NCBI GenBank assembly: GCA_037146775.1
Contig: JBAWWL010000004.1
Location: forward strand, 86,471-150,470
Length of the DNA stretch: 64,000 bases
Direction of reading: 5' to 3'
Source: Candidatus Omnitrophota bacterium
GTDB taxonomy: Bacteria; Omnitrophota; Gorgyraeia; Duberdicusellales; 4484-171
Shown here one piece after another: positions 30,323 through 42,015 of this stretch. A program made the translations under genes and the position numbers. A model generated the notes under the pieces. That model was not told the origin of the DNA. It saw only the letters and a program-made list of their open reading frames with translations, and did not search any database. The stretch's first letter is position 1; each line of letters starts with the position of its first letter.

Positions 30323-30901
30323 CTATGATTGTTTCTCGGCCAAAAGAATATTTTCCAATTTCCTCAAGGAAGCATGAATATCCTTGTTAATAATGAGTGC
30401 GTCGTAATACTTGGCGAACTGTAGCTCTTTTTTCGCCAATTCTATGCGTTTGGCTATTGTTTCTTTTTTTTCAACTCTTTTTTCCAGGCGCTGGCACAAA
30501 TCCCCTTCTGTTGGTGCAGAAATAAAAAGAGTGATTATCTTACCAAGGTTTCTCTGCTTTTTCAAATACATTCCTCCTTTTACATCTATGCACAAAATCA
30601 AATCTTTTTTTCCTTTGGCTGCGTCCGTATAAAAATATCTTGGTGTACCATAATAATTATTTAGCACGCGCTGACTTTCCAGAAAAAATTTTTTGCTTTT
30701 TAGTTTTAAGAACACTGGTTTACTCACAAAAAAATAGTCTTTCCCCTGCTGCTCTTGCGGCCTTTTTGGCCGTGTAGTTACTGATATGCCTCTTACGAAA
30801 TATTTCTGAATCTGCTCCTTACCAAACAATTCATTCACCAGCGTTGTTTTCCCCGCCCCCGAGGGGCCTGAAAGAATGAATATTGTGGGCTTGCGCGTCA
30901 T
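30323..30901 (-). CDS. gmk: guanylate kinase
   Basis: ILSGPSGAGKTTL P-loop; 192 aa. Confidence 0.85.
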   Translation of the reverse strand: MTRKPTIFILSGPSGAGKTTLVNELFGKEQIQKYFVRGISVTTRPKRPQEQQGKDYFFVSKPVFLKLKSKKFFLESQRVLNNYYGTPRYFYTDAAKGKKDLILCIDVKGGMYLKKQRNLGKIITLFISAPTEGDLCQRLEKRVEKKETIAKRIELAKKELQFAKYYDALIINKDIHASLRKLENILLAEKQS

Positions 30902-30938
30902 ACTATACCTTCCTCCTGTGCCGACAACCGTATCGTTT

Positions 30939-31718
30939 TCACTCTACGTTCTGCGCCTGTTCACGTATTCTATCCAAATAGTTTTTTGACTCAACCAACA
31001 GAGGCGCAATCGTTCTGTCTTTGGTTTTGCTTGATGCGGAGTTTAACTCTCTAAGAATCTCCTGTGTTAAAAAGTCTATCGATTTTCCTTGAGAGATAAG
31101 TCTTTGAAAATTTATCTTTTTTTCCAGATCGGCTACATAAAAAGACGCCAACGAAACTTCCTCGTTAATATCTTCTTTTCCGCTTTCAGACCGAATCGTC
31201 ATGGGGTTACGGCTTTTAATAAGTTCTATGTTTTTCTTGAGATGCTTCAGGTTTTTGGTCATGTCTTTCTTAATGGCTCCTCCCTGCTTTTCTTTGAAAC
31301 GCAGAAGTTTCTCGATGGCAGCCCGCGCAGCGGAAAGAATGAATTGTTCTTCTGTTTTCTTTTCGCTCCAGGAAATTACCTGCGGCAGATTAAATAAATC
31401 GCTTATATCAAAACGGGGTTCCAGATGATACTTCTTGGCTATTTTCTTGGTTTCAATAATATACCGCGCAAGGTTTTTTTCGTCAATGTACACGTCATTC
31501 TCAATGTGTCCTTTCACCGACACATACACTTCAATCTTCCCGCGAGCAATTCTTTTCTTTATGTCCCGCTTAATCCTCTCTTCCAAAATAATATTCTGCG
31601 CGGGGAGATCATGAATAGAGATATCCAAATATTTAAAGTTTGAGGAGCGCAAGGTCACTTGGATAGTTTGTGAATTTTTTCTCTTATGCACACTTGCGTA
31701 CGCAGTCATTGACTTCAT
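30939..31718 (-). CDS. yicC: YicC family stress-induced protein
   Basis: N-terminal MKSMTAYAS pattern and typical yicC-gmk synteny. Confidence 0.7.
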   Translation of the reverse strand: MKSMTAYASVHKRKNSQTIQVTLRSSNFKYLDISIHDLPAQNIILEERIKRDIKKRIARGKIEVYVSVKGHIENDVYIDEKNLARYIIETKKIAKKYHLEPRFDISDLFNLPQVISWSEKKTEEQFILSAARAAIEKLLRFKEKQGGAIKKDMTKNLKHLKKNIELIKSRNPMTIRSESGKEDINEEVSLASFYVADLEKKINFQRLISQGKSIDFLTQEILRELNSASSKTKDRTIAPLLVESKNYLDRIREQAQNVE

Positions 31719-31781
31719 AACGGGTATCTCCTTTTTATCATTACCTTTTAGTATACGAGCGCGCTGGATAGAAACAAGCGG

Positions 31782-32288
31782 CTATTTCCAGCATTTCTTG
31801 GGAGCATCTTTGCATGTTGTTTCTTCTGTAGCGTAAAGATCGTATGCTATCTCGTTCGGCTGAAACCACAATTTTATTTCGCGTTCCGCCTCTTCCGGGC
31901 TGCTGGACGCATGTATCACATTCTCGTAAAGACCGTTGGTCAAAATCCTTCCGTATGCGCCGCGCACGCTCACCGGATCGGCCTCTTCGGGATTGGTGGC
32001 GCCTGCAATCTGCCTTACTTTTTTGATCGCGTCTTTGCCCCAGTAAATTAATGCCATTACTCTGTTTTCGCCGTGCTTCTGCCCGGTTATATATTTAATG
32101 AGCTCCGGATAAAACGGTTTTTCTTTCAGATGATGATAATGCTTACGGGCAAGCTCCTCGCTTACCTCCGTTACTTTCGCGCCGATTATTTTTAATTTGG
32201 TTTCGGAAAGACGGCTTAAAATATTACCGGTCAGTGATTTTTTCAAGCCATCCGGCTTAATGATGACTAACGTTGCTTCGTTTGTCAT
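31782..32288 (-). CDS. ndk: nucleoside-diphosphate kinase
   Basis: TLVIIKPDG, NxxHASD-type core (NVIHAS); short C-terminal extension. Confidence 0.85.
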   Translation of the reverse strand: MTNEATLVIIKPDGLKKSLTGNILSRLSETKLKIIGAKVTEVSEELARKHYHHLKEKPFYPELIKYITGQKHGENRVMALIYWGKDAIKKVRQIAGATNPEEADPVSVRGAYGRILTNGLYENVIHASSSPEEAEREIKLWFQPNEIAYDLYATEETTCKDAPKKCWK

Positions 32289-32341
32289 TCTACGAATCCT
32301 CCTTTCGCGATATCATTTATACTGTCTGAAGCGGCGGCTCG

Positions 32342-33169
32342 CTAACCTAACCGCTTTGTGATCCTTTCCAGATCTTCCAAACTATAATATTCGATGGCGA
32401 TTTTTCCGCGGTTATTTCGCTTATGAAAAACTCGCACCTTTGTCCCCAAAGATTTTTGCAATGTATCCTCTACTTCCAGCACAAACGGGTCAACGCTTTT
32501 CCGCTTCTTGGAAGCCCTTTGTACCCGTGTCTCTATTTCTCGTACCGAAAGTCCCTCGCTAAGAATGTCCCTGAATAATTTTCTCTGCGCCTCTTCGGTC
32601 TCCATGCCCAGGATTGTCCGGGCTTGACTGCGCGTTATAATCCTCTTACGCACCGCTTCCTTGATTTCCGGCAGCAACCTTTGTAAGCGAAGCGTATTAG
32701 CAATAGTAGTTTTATCCTTGCCGACTACCTGCGCAACATCTTCAAGCGTAAATTCAAACTGTTCGATAAGTTGCTGAAATGATTCTGCTTCGTCGATCGG
32801 GTTTAAATCCTGGCGTTGCAGATTTTCTACGATCGCATAAATCAGTGCGTTTTTGTCATCGAGCTCTTTAATAATTGTTGGTATCTCATTGAGCCCCAAT
32901 GACTTAGCAGCGTGATATCTCCTGCCACCGGCCACTATTTCGTAACTCTCCTCCCCTGTTTTCCTCACGATAATCGGTTGGATTATACCTTTCTCTTTTA
33001 TCGAACGAGCTAATTCCTCCAATTCTTTCGTGTTCATCTCTTTCCGAGGTTGATACCGGCCGGGACTAATTTTATACATGGGTAAGTGAACGTAATCTTT
33101 TGCTGTCTCGAGCATATTTTTTTTCGGGATAAGGGCGTCGAGTCCTTTTCCTAAAACTTTTTTTTCCAT
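32342..33169 (-). CDS. parB: chromosome partitioning protein ParB/Spo0J
   Basis: ParB N-terminal box (GERRYRAA-like: GGRRYHAAK) and HTH; adjacent to parA. Confidence 0.85.
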   Translation of the reverse strand: MEKKVLGKGLDALIPKKNMLETAKDYVHLPMYKISPGRYQPRKEMNTKELEELARSIKEKGIIQPIIVRKTGEESYEIVAGGRRYHAAKSLGLNEIPTIIKELDDKNALIYAIVENLQRQDLNPIDEAESFQQLIEQFEFTLEDVAQVVGKDKTTIANTLRLQRLLPEIKEAVRKRIITRSQARTILGMETEEAQRKLFRDILSEGLSVREIETRVQRASKKRKSVDPFVLEVEDTLQKSLGTKVRVFHKRNNRGKIAIEYYSLEDLERITKRLG

Positions 33170-33963
33170 TACTGGCTTACCTCCTTAACCGCGACTTCAA
33201 TCGCTATTTTTTCTTTTAAAATTTCTTCGGTTAAATTTAGATAGGCTTTTGCCCCCACGCATATCGGATCATAAAAATGTATGGGCTTACCAAAACTGGG
33301 TGCTTCGGCAAGTCTGATGTTGCGCGGGATAATGGTATTAAATGTTTTTTCTTTAAAAAAATTCCTTACCTCTTCGATGACCTGTAACGTAAGCCGTGTC
33401 CTAAAATCCGCCATAGTCAACAAAACGCCCCTGATCTCCAAGCCAGGATTTAACCGTTCTCGAACAAGATCGGTGGTATGTAATAGTTTTGAAACTCCTT
33501 CCAAAGCATAATATTCACATTGTATGGGCACAATAACCCCATCAACAGCCACCAGCACATTAACGGTCAAAAGCCCCAGGGATGGCGGGGCGTCAATAAT
33601 AATATAGGCAAATTTGTCTTTTATTTTATAGAGCTCCTCTCTTAAGCGCATTTCTCTATTTTCGATAGCAACAAGCTCAATCTCTCCTCCGGTAAGCGCA
33701 ATACACGAAGGAAGAATGTATAGTCCGGACCATTGGGTAGGATAAATACTTTCTTCTATGGCCGCTGTTCCAGAAATAATATCATAGATTGATTGTTTGT
33801 TTTCGCTTGCAACCCCTAAGCCTGATGTAGCGTTACCTTGGGGATCCATATCAACAAGCAGTGTTTTTTGACCAGCAAGAGCTAAATATGATGCTAAATT
33901 GATGGCGCTGGTAGTTTTACCAGTACCGCCCTTTTGATTACAAATACCGATTATTTTTCCCAT
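33169..33963 (-). CDS. parA: chromosome partitioning ATPase ParA/Soj
   Basis: Deviant Walker A KGGTGKTT. Confidence 0.85.
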   Translation of the reverse strand: MGKIIGICNQKGGTGKTTSAINLASYLALAGQKTLLVDMDPQGNATSGLGVASENKQSIYDIISGTAAIEESIYPTQWSGLYILPSCIALTGGEIELVAIENREMRLREELYKIKDKFAYIIIDAPPSLGLLTVNVLVAVDGVIVPIQCEYYALEGVSKLLHTTDLVRERLNPGLEIRGVLLTMADFRTRLTLQVIEEVRNFFKEKTFNTIIPRNIRLAEAPSFGKPIHFYDPICVGAKAYLNLTEEILKEKIAIEVAVKEVSQ

Positions 33964-33976
33964 TATGGTTTGACGG

Positions 33977-34000
33977 TACCGTTTCCACGTGGAAACGGTA
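33977..34000. promoter_or_regulatory. parS-like perfect 24-bp palindrome TACCGTTTCCACGTGGAAACGGTA, 14 bp upstream of the parA start codon
   Basis: Core TTCCACGTGGAA is identical to the parS core; perfect dyad symmetry. Confidence 0.55.
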
Positions 34001-34150
34001 TACTTAGTTATTAAAAATAGCTTTTAATATATAAATAAGTATATTGCGATATTCTTGTATTTTTTCTAAATATAATATCATTGTAATCGCACATACCCCC
34101 CTTTGTCAAGAAAATTTTGTATTAGATGCCTAAAAAATTGCGTTTTGAGC

Positions 34151-34166
34151 GTTTCCACGTGGAAAC
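34151..34166. promoter_or_regulatory. parS-like 16-bp palindrome GTTTCCACGTGGAAAC (copy 2)
   Basis: Exact repeat of the copy-1 core. Confidence 0.5.
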
Positions 34167-34631
34167 TTTACCTACCTAAAACAAAAATCCAGACTATTTT
34201 GTACGATAACGTAATTACTGCTGCTGTCAACCTTTGAAATAATAGTACTGTTTCTCAATCAATTGTTTTGGTTGTTCGTTTAATATAATAACTATGCAAA
34301 AATAGAATAATACCGTTTGCAAATTATTTTTATGCTTTTCAATAGCAAGATATTGCCATATGTTATTGTTTTAACACTCGCGGAGTACGGTAGTAAGTAT
34401 TGATTGTCATATTCTAGGGCCTTTTTGACGCAACAAGCAGAATAAGTATGCTACCATAGATTCTTAAGAAACATTCGAAGACAGCTCAATAGCAATTATA
34501 TAGTATGTTCTTAAATTGTCACCATGCTGAAAATTTTATCCTTATTAACCAATCTGCAGGTATCATAAAGGCATGAAGCACATTTATGCTTGATTACCAA
34601 AGGTGGTTATTGAAAAAAGACCTTTTTGTAC

Positions 34632-34649
34632 CGTTTCCACGTGGAAACG
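34632..34649. promoter_or_regulatory. parS-like 18-bp palindrome CGTTTCCACGTGGAAACG (copy 3)
   Basis: Exact repeat of the core. Confidence 0.5.
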
Positions 34650-34765
34650 TCTAACTTGTAGATAATCCGGGATGTGTGGCTATGCGAATTGCTGTAGGTT
34701 AATAAGTCGCCTTGAGGTTTACTCTGTGCGGAAAATTCTGATATTAGAAAAAACTGTTGTTTTTA

Positions 34766-36202
34766 CTATGTTTTACACGTTTTCACGTGGAAACCTGTTT
34801 TGGCTACACGCATTTGGTAGGAAAGGGTGAGGATGTTTTGAACAAACCAATATATAGTAAGACAGGAGGGGAAAGTATAAAAAACTACTCCCATAACTAT
34901 AGACATGACCAATCCGATATTTTTTTGATCCGACGAAAGAGAAGAGGACGAACTAATTTTTTGTTGCACTATTCCTACAATTACGATTAAGATGGGTAAG
35001 ATGTTGATATAATCTACTGGCTGCGGGAAGGGGAGTTTAAATGCGTGATCCGGCAATGATAAATCTTTAATCCAAAGAAATGGCTGGCCTTTCAACTCTA
35101 CAAATTTTAGCAGTACTTGCCAAAGCGCGATAAACACCGGGAATTGTAGCAACATAGGTATACAGGACCCTGCGGGATTGACTTTGTTTTTTTTATACAA
35201 TTCAAGTGTTTCTTTATTAACTTTTTGCGGGTTATCCGGATACTTTTTTCTCAATTCTTCGATTTCCGGCTGAAGTTCTTGCATTTTTTTCATTGCCTTG
35301 GTGCTCATCATAGTGAAGGGGAACAAACAGCAATAAGTGAATAGAGAGAGAAGAATGATACTAATACCCCAGCTTTTCGTAAAAGAGAAAAAGAATTCTA
35401 ATAAACCTACCAAAATCAAGCCAATACCATGAAAAAACCCGTAATTAATAATGCTGTGCAAACCGAGTTTTTTGAGTTCTTTTTCTGAAAGCGGCCCTAT
35501 ATATAGAGATATTTCTTCTGGGACTGAAACCAATTCCAAAGAAAGCGTGTTTTTGGTTGGCAAAATATTCGCCATATACGAGCCCTTCAGCAGAGAAAGG
35601 CAGAAATGTTTTGCGCTTATCCCCACGAAAGCTACATTACTTACTATGGTGTTCTTGGCTTGCTTGAGAGATACTTTTTTGATGGTTTCGTTTTGTGTAT
35701 AGAAAACCTCTAAAAATTGTTGTTCTAAGTTTTTGTCGCTCAAGCTGTTAGAAAATATATTTATCCGCTGAGGAAGGGGAGAGGAGAGTTTTATTTTAAC
35801 TAAAAAGTCGCTAAAAATAAACTCTTTACGATTGCCTTGCGCTGAAATAAAGACAATTCTATCGTCTTGTACTTGACTTTTAAATTCTTTATCTTTATCT
35901 TGAGAGATAAAGCCGATGTTTCTAAAAGGGAGCTCTTCGTTGTATGATTTGATGGAAAGTTTTTTAATGTAACCTCCTCGCGGAGAATATGTTACAATAA
36001 ATTTACCGATGCTGGCTTGGGGGAGTTCACTATTGTCGTCTACCTCTGTTGCTGTTTCGACGGTTGGGGTTTCTACCGCAGCCGGCGCTGTTATTTGGGT
36101 GGCTGGCGGCAAAGTACGGGGGGCATATTTGGAAAGAAAATAGTTATAGCCGATAAAAAATAACAAAGTAAGAAAAATAGCCGGAAATAATCTTTTTTCC
36201 AT
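34766..36202 (-). CDS. yidC: membrane protein insertase YidC
   Basis: N-terminal TM, large periplasmic domain, conserved C-terminal five-TM core (PMLLQFPVFIALW...); synteny with yidD and rpmH. Confidence 0.85.
   Translation of the reverse strand: MEKRLFPAIFLTLLFFIGYNYFLSKYAPRTLPPATQITAPAAVETPTVETATEVDDNSELPQASIGKFIVTYSPRGGYIKKLSIKSYNEELPFRNIGFISQDKDKEFKSQVQDDRIVFISAQGNRKEFIFSDFLVKIKLSSPLPQRINIFSNSLSDKNLEQQFLEVFYTQNETIKKVSLKQAKNTIVSNVAFVGISAKHFCLSLLKGSYMANILPTKNTLSLELVSVPEEISLYIGPLSEKELKKLGLHSIINYGFFHGIGLILVGLLEFFFSFTKSWGISIILLSLFTYCCLFPFTMMSTKAMKKMQELQPEIEELRKKYPDNPQKVNKETLELYKKNKVNPAGSCIPMLLQFPVFIALWQVLLKFVELKGQPFLWIKDLSLPDHAFKLPFPQPVDYINILPILIVIVGIVQQKISSSSSLSSDQKNIGLVMSIVMGVVFYTFPSCLTIYWFVQNILTLSYQMRVAKTGFHVKTCKT
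34789..34804. promoter_or_regulatory. parS-like palindrome GTTTTCACGTGGAAAC (copy 4, one mismatch) at the extreme 3' end of yidC
   Basis: 15/16 match to the core. Confidence 0.45.
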
Positions 36203-36411
36203 TATCGTACCGGATCAAAACCACCCTTAGTAAAGGGGTGACAATGTAAAAGCCGTACTGAAGACAACCTTAGTGCTTTCATAAAAGAATAGCGAGTAAA
36301 TGCTTCTTGCGCATACGCGGAGCAGCTAGGCGTGTACCGGCACCGCGATGGGGGGAGCAAAAAAGAGATCTTTTTGTAAAGGCGGATTAAGCTGAGGGCT
36401 GTTTTCCTCAT
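36202..36411 (-). CDS. yidD: membrane protein insertion efficiency factor YidD
   Basis: C..PSCS.Y ... HC.P...GG.DPV signature; 69 aa. Confidence 0.75.
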   Translation of the reverse strand: MRKTALSLIRLYKKISFLLPPSRCRYTPSCSAYAQEAFTRYSFMKALRLSSVRLLHCHPFTKGGFDPVR

Positions 36412-36545
36412 ACAGTAAGCTTTGCTCTTCCTTTTCTCCGGCGGCGTTGCAAAACTTTTCTTCCGCTATGAGTGGCCATTCGCGCTCGAAATCCGTGTCT
36501 TTTTTTCCCTTTTAGCGTGGTTGGGGTTTTAAAATTTTTCTTCAT
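36408..36545 (-). CDS. rpmH: 50S ribosomal protein L34 (not in the ORF track, below 60 aa)
   Basis: Manual translation of the minus strand gives [45 protein letters not shown]; its stop overlaps the yidD start (ATGA). Confidence 0.8.
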   Translation of the reverse strand: MKKNFKTPTTLKGKKRHGFRARMATHSGRKVLQRRRRKGRAKLTV

Positions 36546-36747
36546 AGGTAGCAATTGTAACATATCTTGTTTTCGTGTCAACTATAAAAATTGCGTTTTT
36601 TTGGGTGCGCCGAAAAGAATCGTTGCTCGCACACCGCTCAATGATCTTTTTTTTGTTTCAGGTAAACGTTCTCGCCCGGACCGCTACAACATGCTGCTGG
36701 TTTTTACCAAAAAACAACTTGGTGATTGGCGGGTAAACTAAAATAAT

Positions 36748-36775
36748 TTGCAAAGAAATTTTATTACGGTATAAT
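36748..36775 (+). promoter_or_regulatory. putative sigma70-type dnaA promoter (-35 TTGCAA, 16-bp spacer, -10 TATAAT)
   Basis: Hexamers read directly from the sequence, 60-90 bp upstream of the dnaA ATG. Confidence 0.45.
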
Positions 36776-36798
36776 TGGGGTTACTGTAAAAAGTCTTT

Positions 36799-36827
36799 TG
36801 TGAATAACTTGTGAATTTTGTGAATTA
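36799..36827 (+). promoter_or_regulatory. three tandem DnaA-box-like 9-mers (TGTGAATAA, TGTGAATTT, TGTGAATTA) at about 10-bp spacing just upstream of the dnaA start
   Basis: Each is a single mismatch from the consensus TGTGGATAA/TTATCCACA; a fourth copy lies in the dnaA-dnaN spacer. Confidence 0.55.
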
Positions 36828-36837
36828 GCTGTTAACT

Positions 36838-38169
36838 ATGGAAAAGGTTTGGCAAGCTTGCCGAGAGCAACTCAAGGTCATTCTGGGGGAAACCTCGTTC
36901 GATACCTGGATAAACCCGCTCAAATATAAGAAAATTGAAGGGTTATCAATTACCCTGGAGGCGCCGGACGGGTTTTTTAAGAATTGGGTAGAAACGACTT
37001 ATTTACCGCAAATCAAAGACGCCCTTAAAACAATTGCCCAGAAGGAATTTGAAGTTTTTTTCGAGGTTAATCCCAATCTGCTGAAACGGGGAACCAATAA
37101 AATTTTCAAAACCATCGGCCAGAGCTTCCAGGAAGAACCGCAGGATTCGATACGCTTAAACGCGCGGTTTACTTTCGATAATTTCATCGTTGGTGCATCA
37201 AACAGGATGGCGCACGCGGCTTCGCTGGCAGTGACCAGCGCACCCGGGAAGGCTTACAACCCGCTTTTTATTTACGGGGGGGTGGGCTTAGGAAAAACTC
37301 ACCTTATGCAGGCGATCGCCAATCAGATCGTGGTAAATAATCCTCATGCTAAAATCAAATATACTTCTTCGGAAAAATTCACCAACGAGCTCATTCAATC
37401 TATCCAAAACAAAGCTACGGAAAAATTCCGGCAAAAATACAGAAACAGCGACATCCTGCTTATAGACGATATCCATTTTTTAGCGGGCAAAGAAGCCGCC
37501 CAGGAAGAATTCTTCAATACTTTCAATGCACTATACGATTACCACAAACAAATCGTTGTTTCGTCTGACCGGCCGCCGAAAGAAATTCCAAAATTGGAGG
37601 AGCGCTTGGTTTCTCGTTTCTGTTGGGGTTTGGTGGTGGATATCCAGTTGCCCGACTTCGAAACCAGGGTGGCAATTTTACGGAAAAAACTGGAAAAAGA
37701 CCCGATTAAAATCGACGAAGACGTGATCGCGTTTATCGCAAAAAACATCACCAGTAATATCCGGGAACTGGAGGGCGCCCTTATTAGAATTATCGCTTAC
37801 TCGCTCATCGAAAACAAGCCTATTACCCTGGAATTGGCTAAAGAGATCCTGAGAGACATGGTGAAAGAGATTTATAAACGGATCACGCCCGATGTGGTGT
37901 TAGAGCGAGTGGGGGGGTATTTTAATTTGACCAGAGACGATCTAAAAAAAGGTAAAAGAAGCAAAACCTTGGTGCTGCCGCGGCAAATAGTTATGTATCT
38001 GACCCGGGAGTTGACCGACCTCTCCCTTCCGGAGATCGGCGCGGCGCTGGGGGCCAAACATCACACTACCATACTATACGCACATAAAAAATTGAAAGAA
38101 AGTTTAAAGAAGGATGAAAAGCTAAAATTAATTATTGACAGCATTAAACAGGATATTAAGAGTTTATAG
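36838..38169 (+). CDS. dnaA: chromosomal replication initiator DnaA
   Basis: AAA+ Walker A GGVGLGKTHL, Walker B LLIDDIHF, C-terminal DNA-binding domain; 443 aa. Confidence 0.95.
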   Translation: MEKVWQACREQLKVILGETSFDTWINPLKYKKIEGLSITLEAPDGFFKNWVETTYLPQIKDALKTIAQKEFEVFFEVNPNLLKRGTNKIFKTIGQSFQEEPQDSIRLNARFTFDNFIVGASNRMAHAASLAVTSAPGKAYNPLFIYGGVGLGKTHLMQAIANQIVVNNPHAKIKYTSSEKFTNELIQSIQNKATEKFRQKYRNSDILLIDDIHFLAGKEAAQEEFFNTFNALYDYHKQIVVSSDRPPKEIPKLEERLVSRFCWGLVVDIQLPDFETRVAILRKKLEKDPIKIDEDVIAFIAKNITSNIRELEGALIRIIAYSLIENKPITLELAKEILRDMVKEIYKRITPDVVLERVGGYFNLTRDDLKKGKRSKTLVLPRQIVMYLTRELTDLSLPEIGAALGAKHHTTILYAHKKLKESLKKDEKLKLIIDSIKQDIKSL

Positions 38170-38178
38170 AAAATTTTT

Positions 38179-38187
38179 TGTGAATAA
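38179..38187 (+). promoter_or_regulatory. DnaA box TGTGAATAA in the dnaA-dnaN intergenic region
   Basis: One mismatch from the consensus. Confidence 0.45.
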
Positions 38188-38264
38188 AATGCTGGTTTTT
38201 CTTTTTGTTTTTGGTACAATTATGTCTTTCAACAGTATCCACAGGCCCTACTAAGAGTACTACT

Positions 38265-39362
38265 ATGAAGTTTACTATTAATAGAGAAGTATTATTAGCC
38301 AACCTACAAAAAGTGTTGGGACCAACCATTACCAAACAAAACTTCCCAATTCTAAACAGCGTGCTTATTTCTTCTTTGGGGAAAAAACTAAAGTTTATAG
38401 CTACTGATCTCGATATTACCATTATATCTTTACAAGAAACAACAATAGACGAGAAGGGAAAAATCGCCATCCCCATGAAACGGTTTTTTTCAATTATTAA
38501 AGAACTCCCATCCCAAGATGTACAGCTTGAGGTTGTAAAAAACACCCTTATTATAAAATGCGGGAAAATAGAATTTAAAATAAACACCCTCAACCCCGAA
38601 GAGTTTCCTCAGGTAGAAGAAGAGAAGGAGGTATCTTTTATTAAAATTAATCCCGCCAACCTGGAAGAAATGATTAGGCTTACCTCGTTTTCTGTGGGGT
38701 ATGAAGACACTAATTATGTGTTGAACGGAATTCTATTCGAAATTTACGAAGATTCCATTATTCTTGTGTCTACCGACGGCAAGCGCCTTTCGTATATAAA
38801 AAGAAAGCTTCCCGCCAACCAACCAGAGGTGAAAACGAAACTGTCTTTTATTTTACCTATTAAAGCCATTAATGAGTTGTACAAACTTATTAAAGAAAGA
38901 AACGAAGATGTGTTCCTTTTTGTGAAAGAGAACAAGGTGGGGTTTGACTTTAAAGACACGCAATTTATCGCGCGGCCCATTGAGGGGGAATTCCCTAATT
39001 ATGCCCAATATATCCCCAACGAAAACAAAGATAAAATGGTGGTTAACCGGCAAAATTTTCTCCCCGCGCTGCGCCGGGCAGACCTACTTTCAACCCCCGA
39101 CTATCAAGGAGTGAAGCTGGAGTTGAAAAAAGAGAGTTTGATAATTTCGAAAGCAACCCCACAGTTGGGCGAAGTAAAGGAAACAGTGGAAGCGCGCTAC
39201 ACGGGACCGGGGCTGGAAATAGGATTTAATCCGAACTATTTGCTGGATGCACTTAAAAATCTCGATGACATGGAAGTGAGTTTTGAATTTTTTGGGGCGG
39301 ATAAGCCGGCGGTATTGCGAAAAGAGGATTATATTTACCTAATTTTGCCGATGAAAATTTAA
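38265..39362 (+). CDS. dnaN: DNA polymerase III beta sliding clamp
   Basis: MKFTINREVLL... aligns with the DnaN N-terminus; the ORF-track start (TTG 38205) is probably 20 codons too far upstream. Confidence 0.9.
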   Translation: MKFTINREVLLANLQKVLGPTITKQNFPILNSVLISSLGKKLKFIATDLDITIISLQETTIDEKGKIAIPMKRFFSIIKELPSQDVQLEVVKNTLIIKCGKIEFKINTLNPEEFPQVEEEKEVSFIKINPANLEEMIRLTSFSVGYEDTNYVLNGILFEIYEDSIILVSTDGKRLSYIKRKLPANQPEVKTKLSFILPIKAINELYKLIKERNEDVFLFVKENKVGFDFKDTQFIARPIEGEFPNYAQYIPNENKDKMVVNRQNFLPALRRADLLSTPDYQGVKLELKKESLIISKATPQLGEVKETVEARYTGPGLEIGFNPNYLLDALKNLDDMEVSFEFFGADKPAVLRKEDYIYLILPMKI

Positions 39363-39369
39363 CCCCGGT

Positions 39370-42014
<2,645 letters not shown>

Positions 42015-42015
42015 G

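Noticed and set aside
33964-34765. The parA-yidC AT-rich spacer considered as oriC with a DnaA-box array
   Set aside because: There are few or no good matches to TTATCCACA here, whereas near-consensus boxes cluster immediately around dnaA (36799-36827 and 38179). The origin is more likely dnaA-proximal.
33977-34804. The four GTTTCCACGTGGAAAC repeats considered as a CRISPR array
   Set aside because: Spacing is irregular (about 170, 480 and 155 bp), the repeats are perfect palindromes of only 16-24 bp in an AT-rich non-coding region, and there are no cas genes. They fit protein-binding (parS-like) sites far better.
36472-36741. 89-aa plus-strand ORF in the rpmH-dnaA intergenic region
   Set aside because: It is antisense to the manually identified rpmH (L34) gene and overlaps the dnaA promoter region; the composition is atypical.
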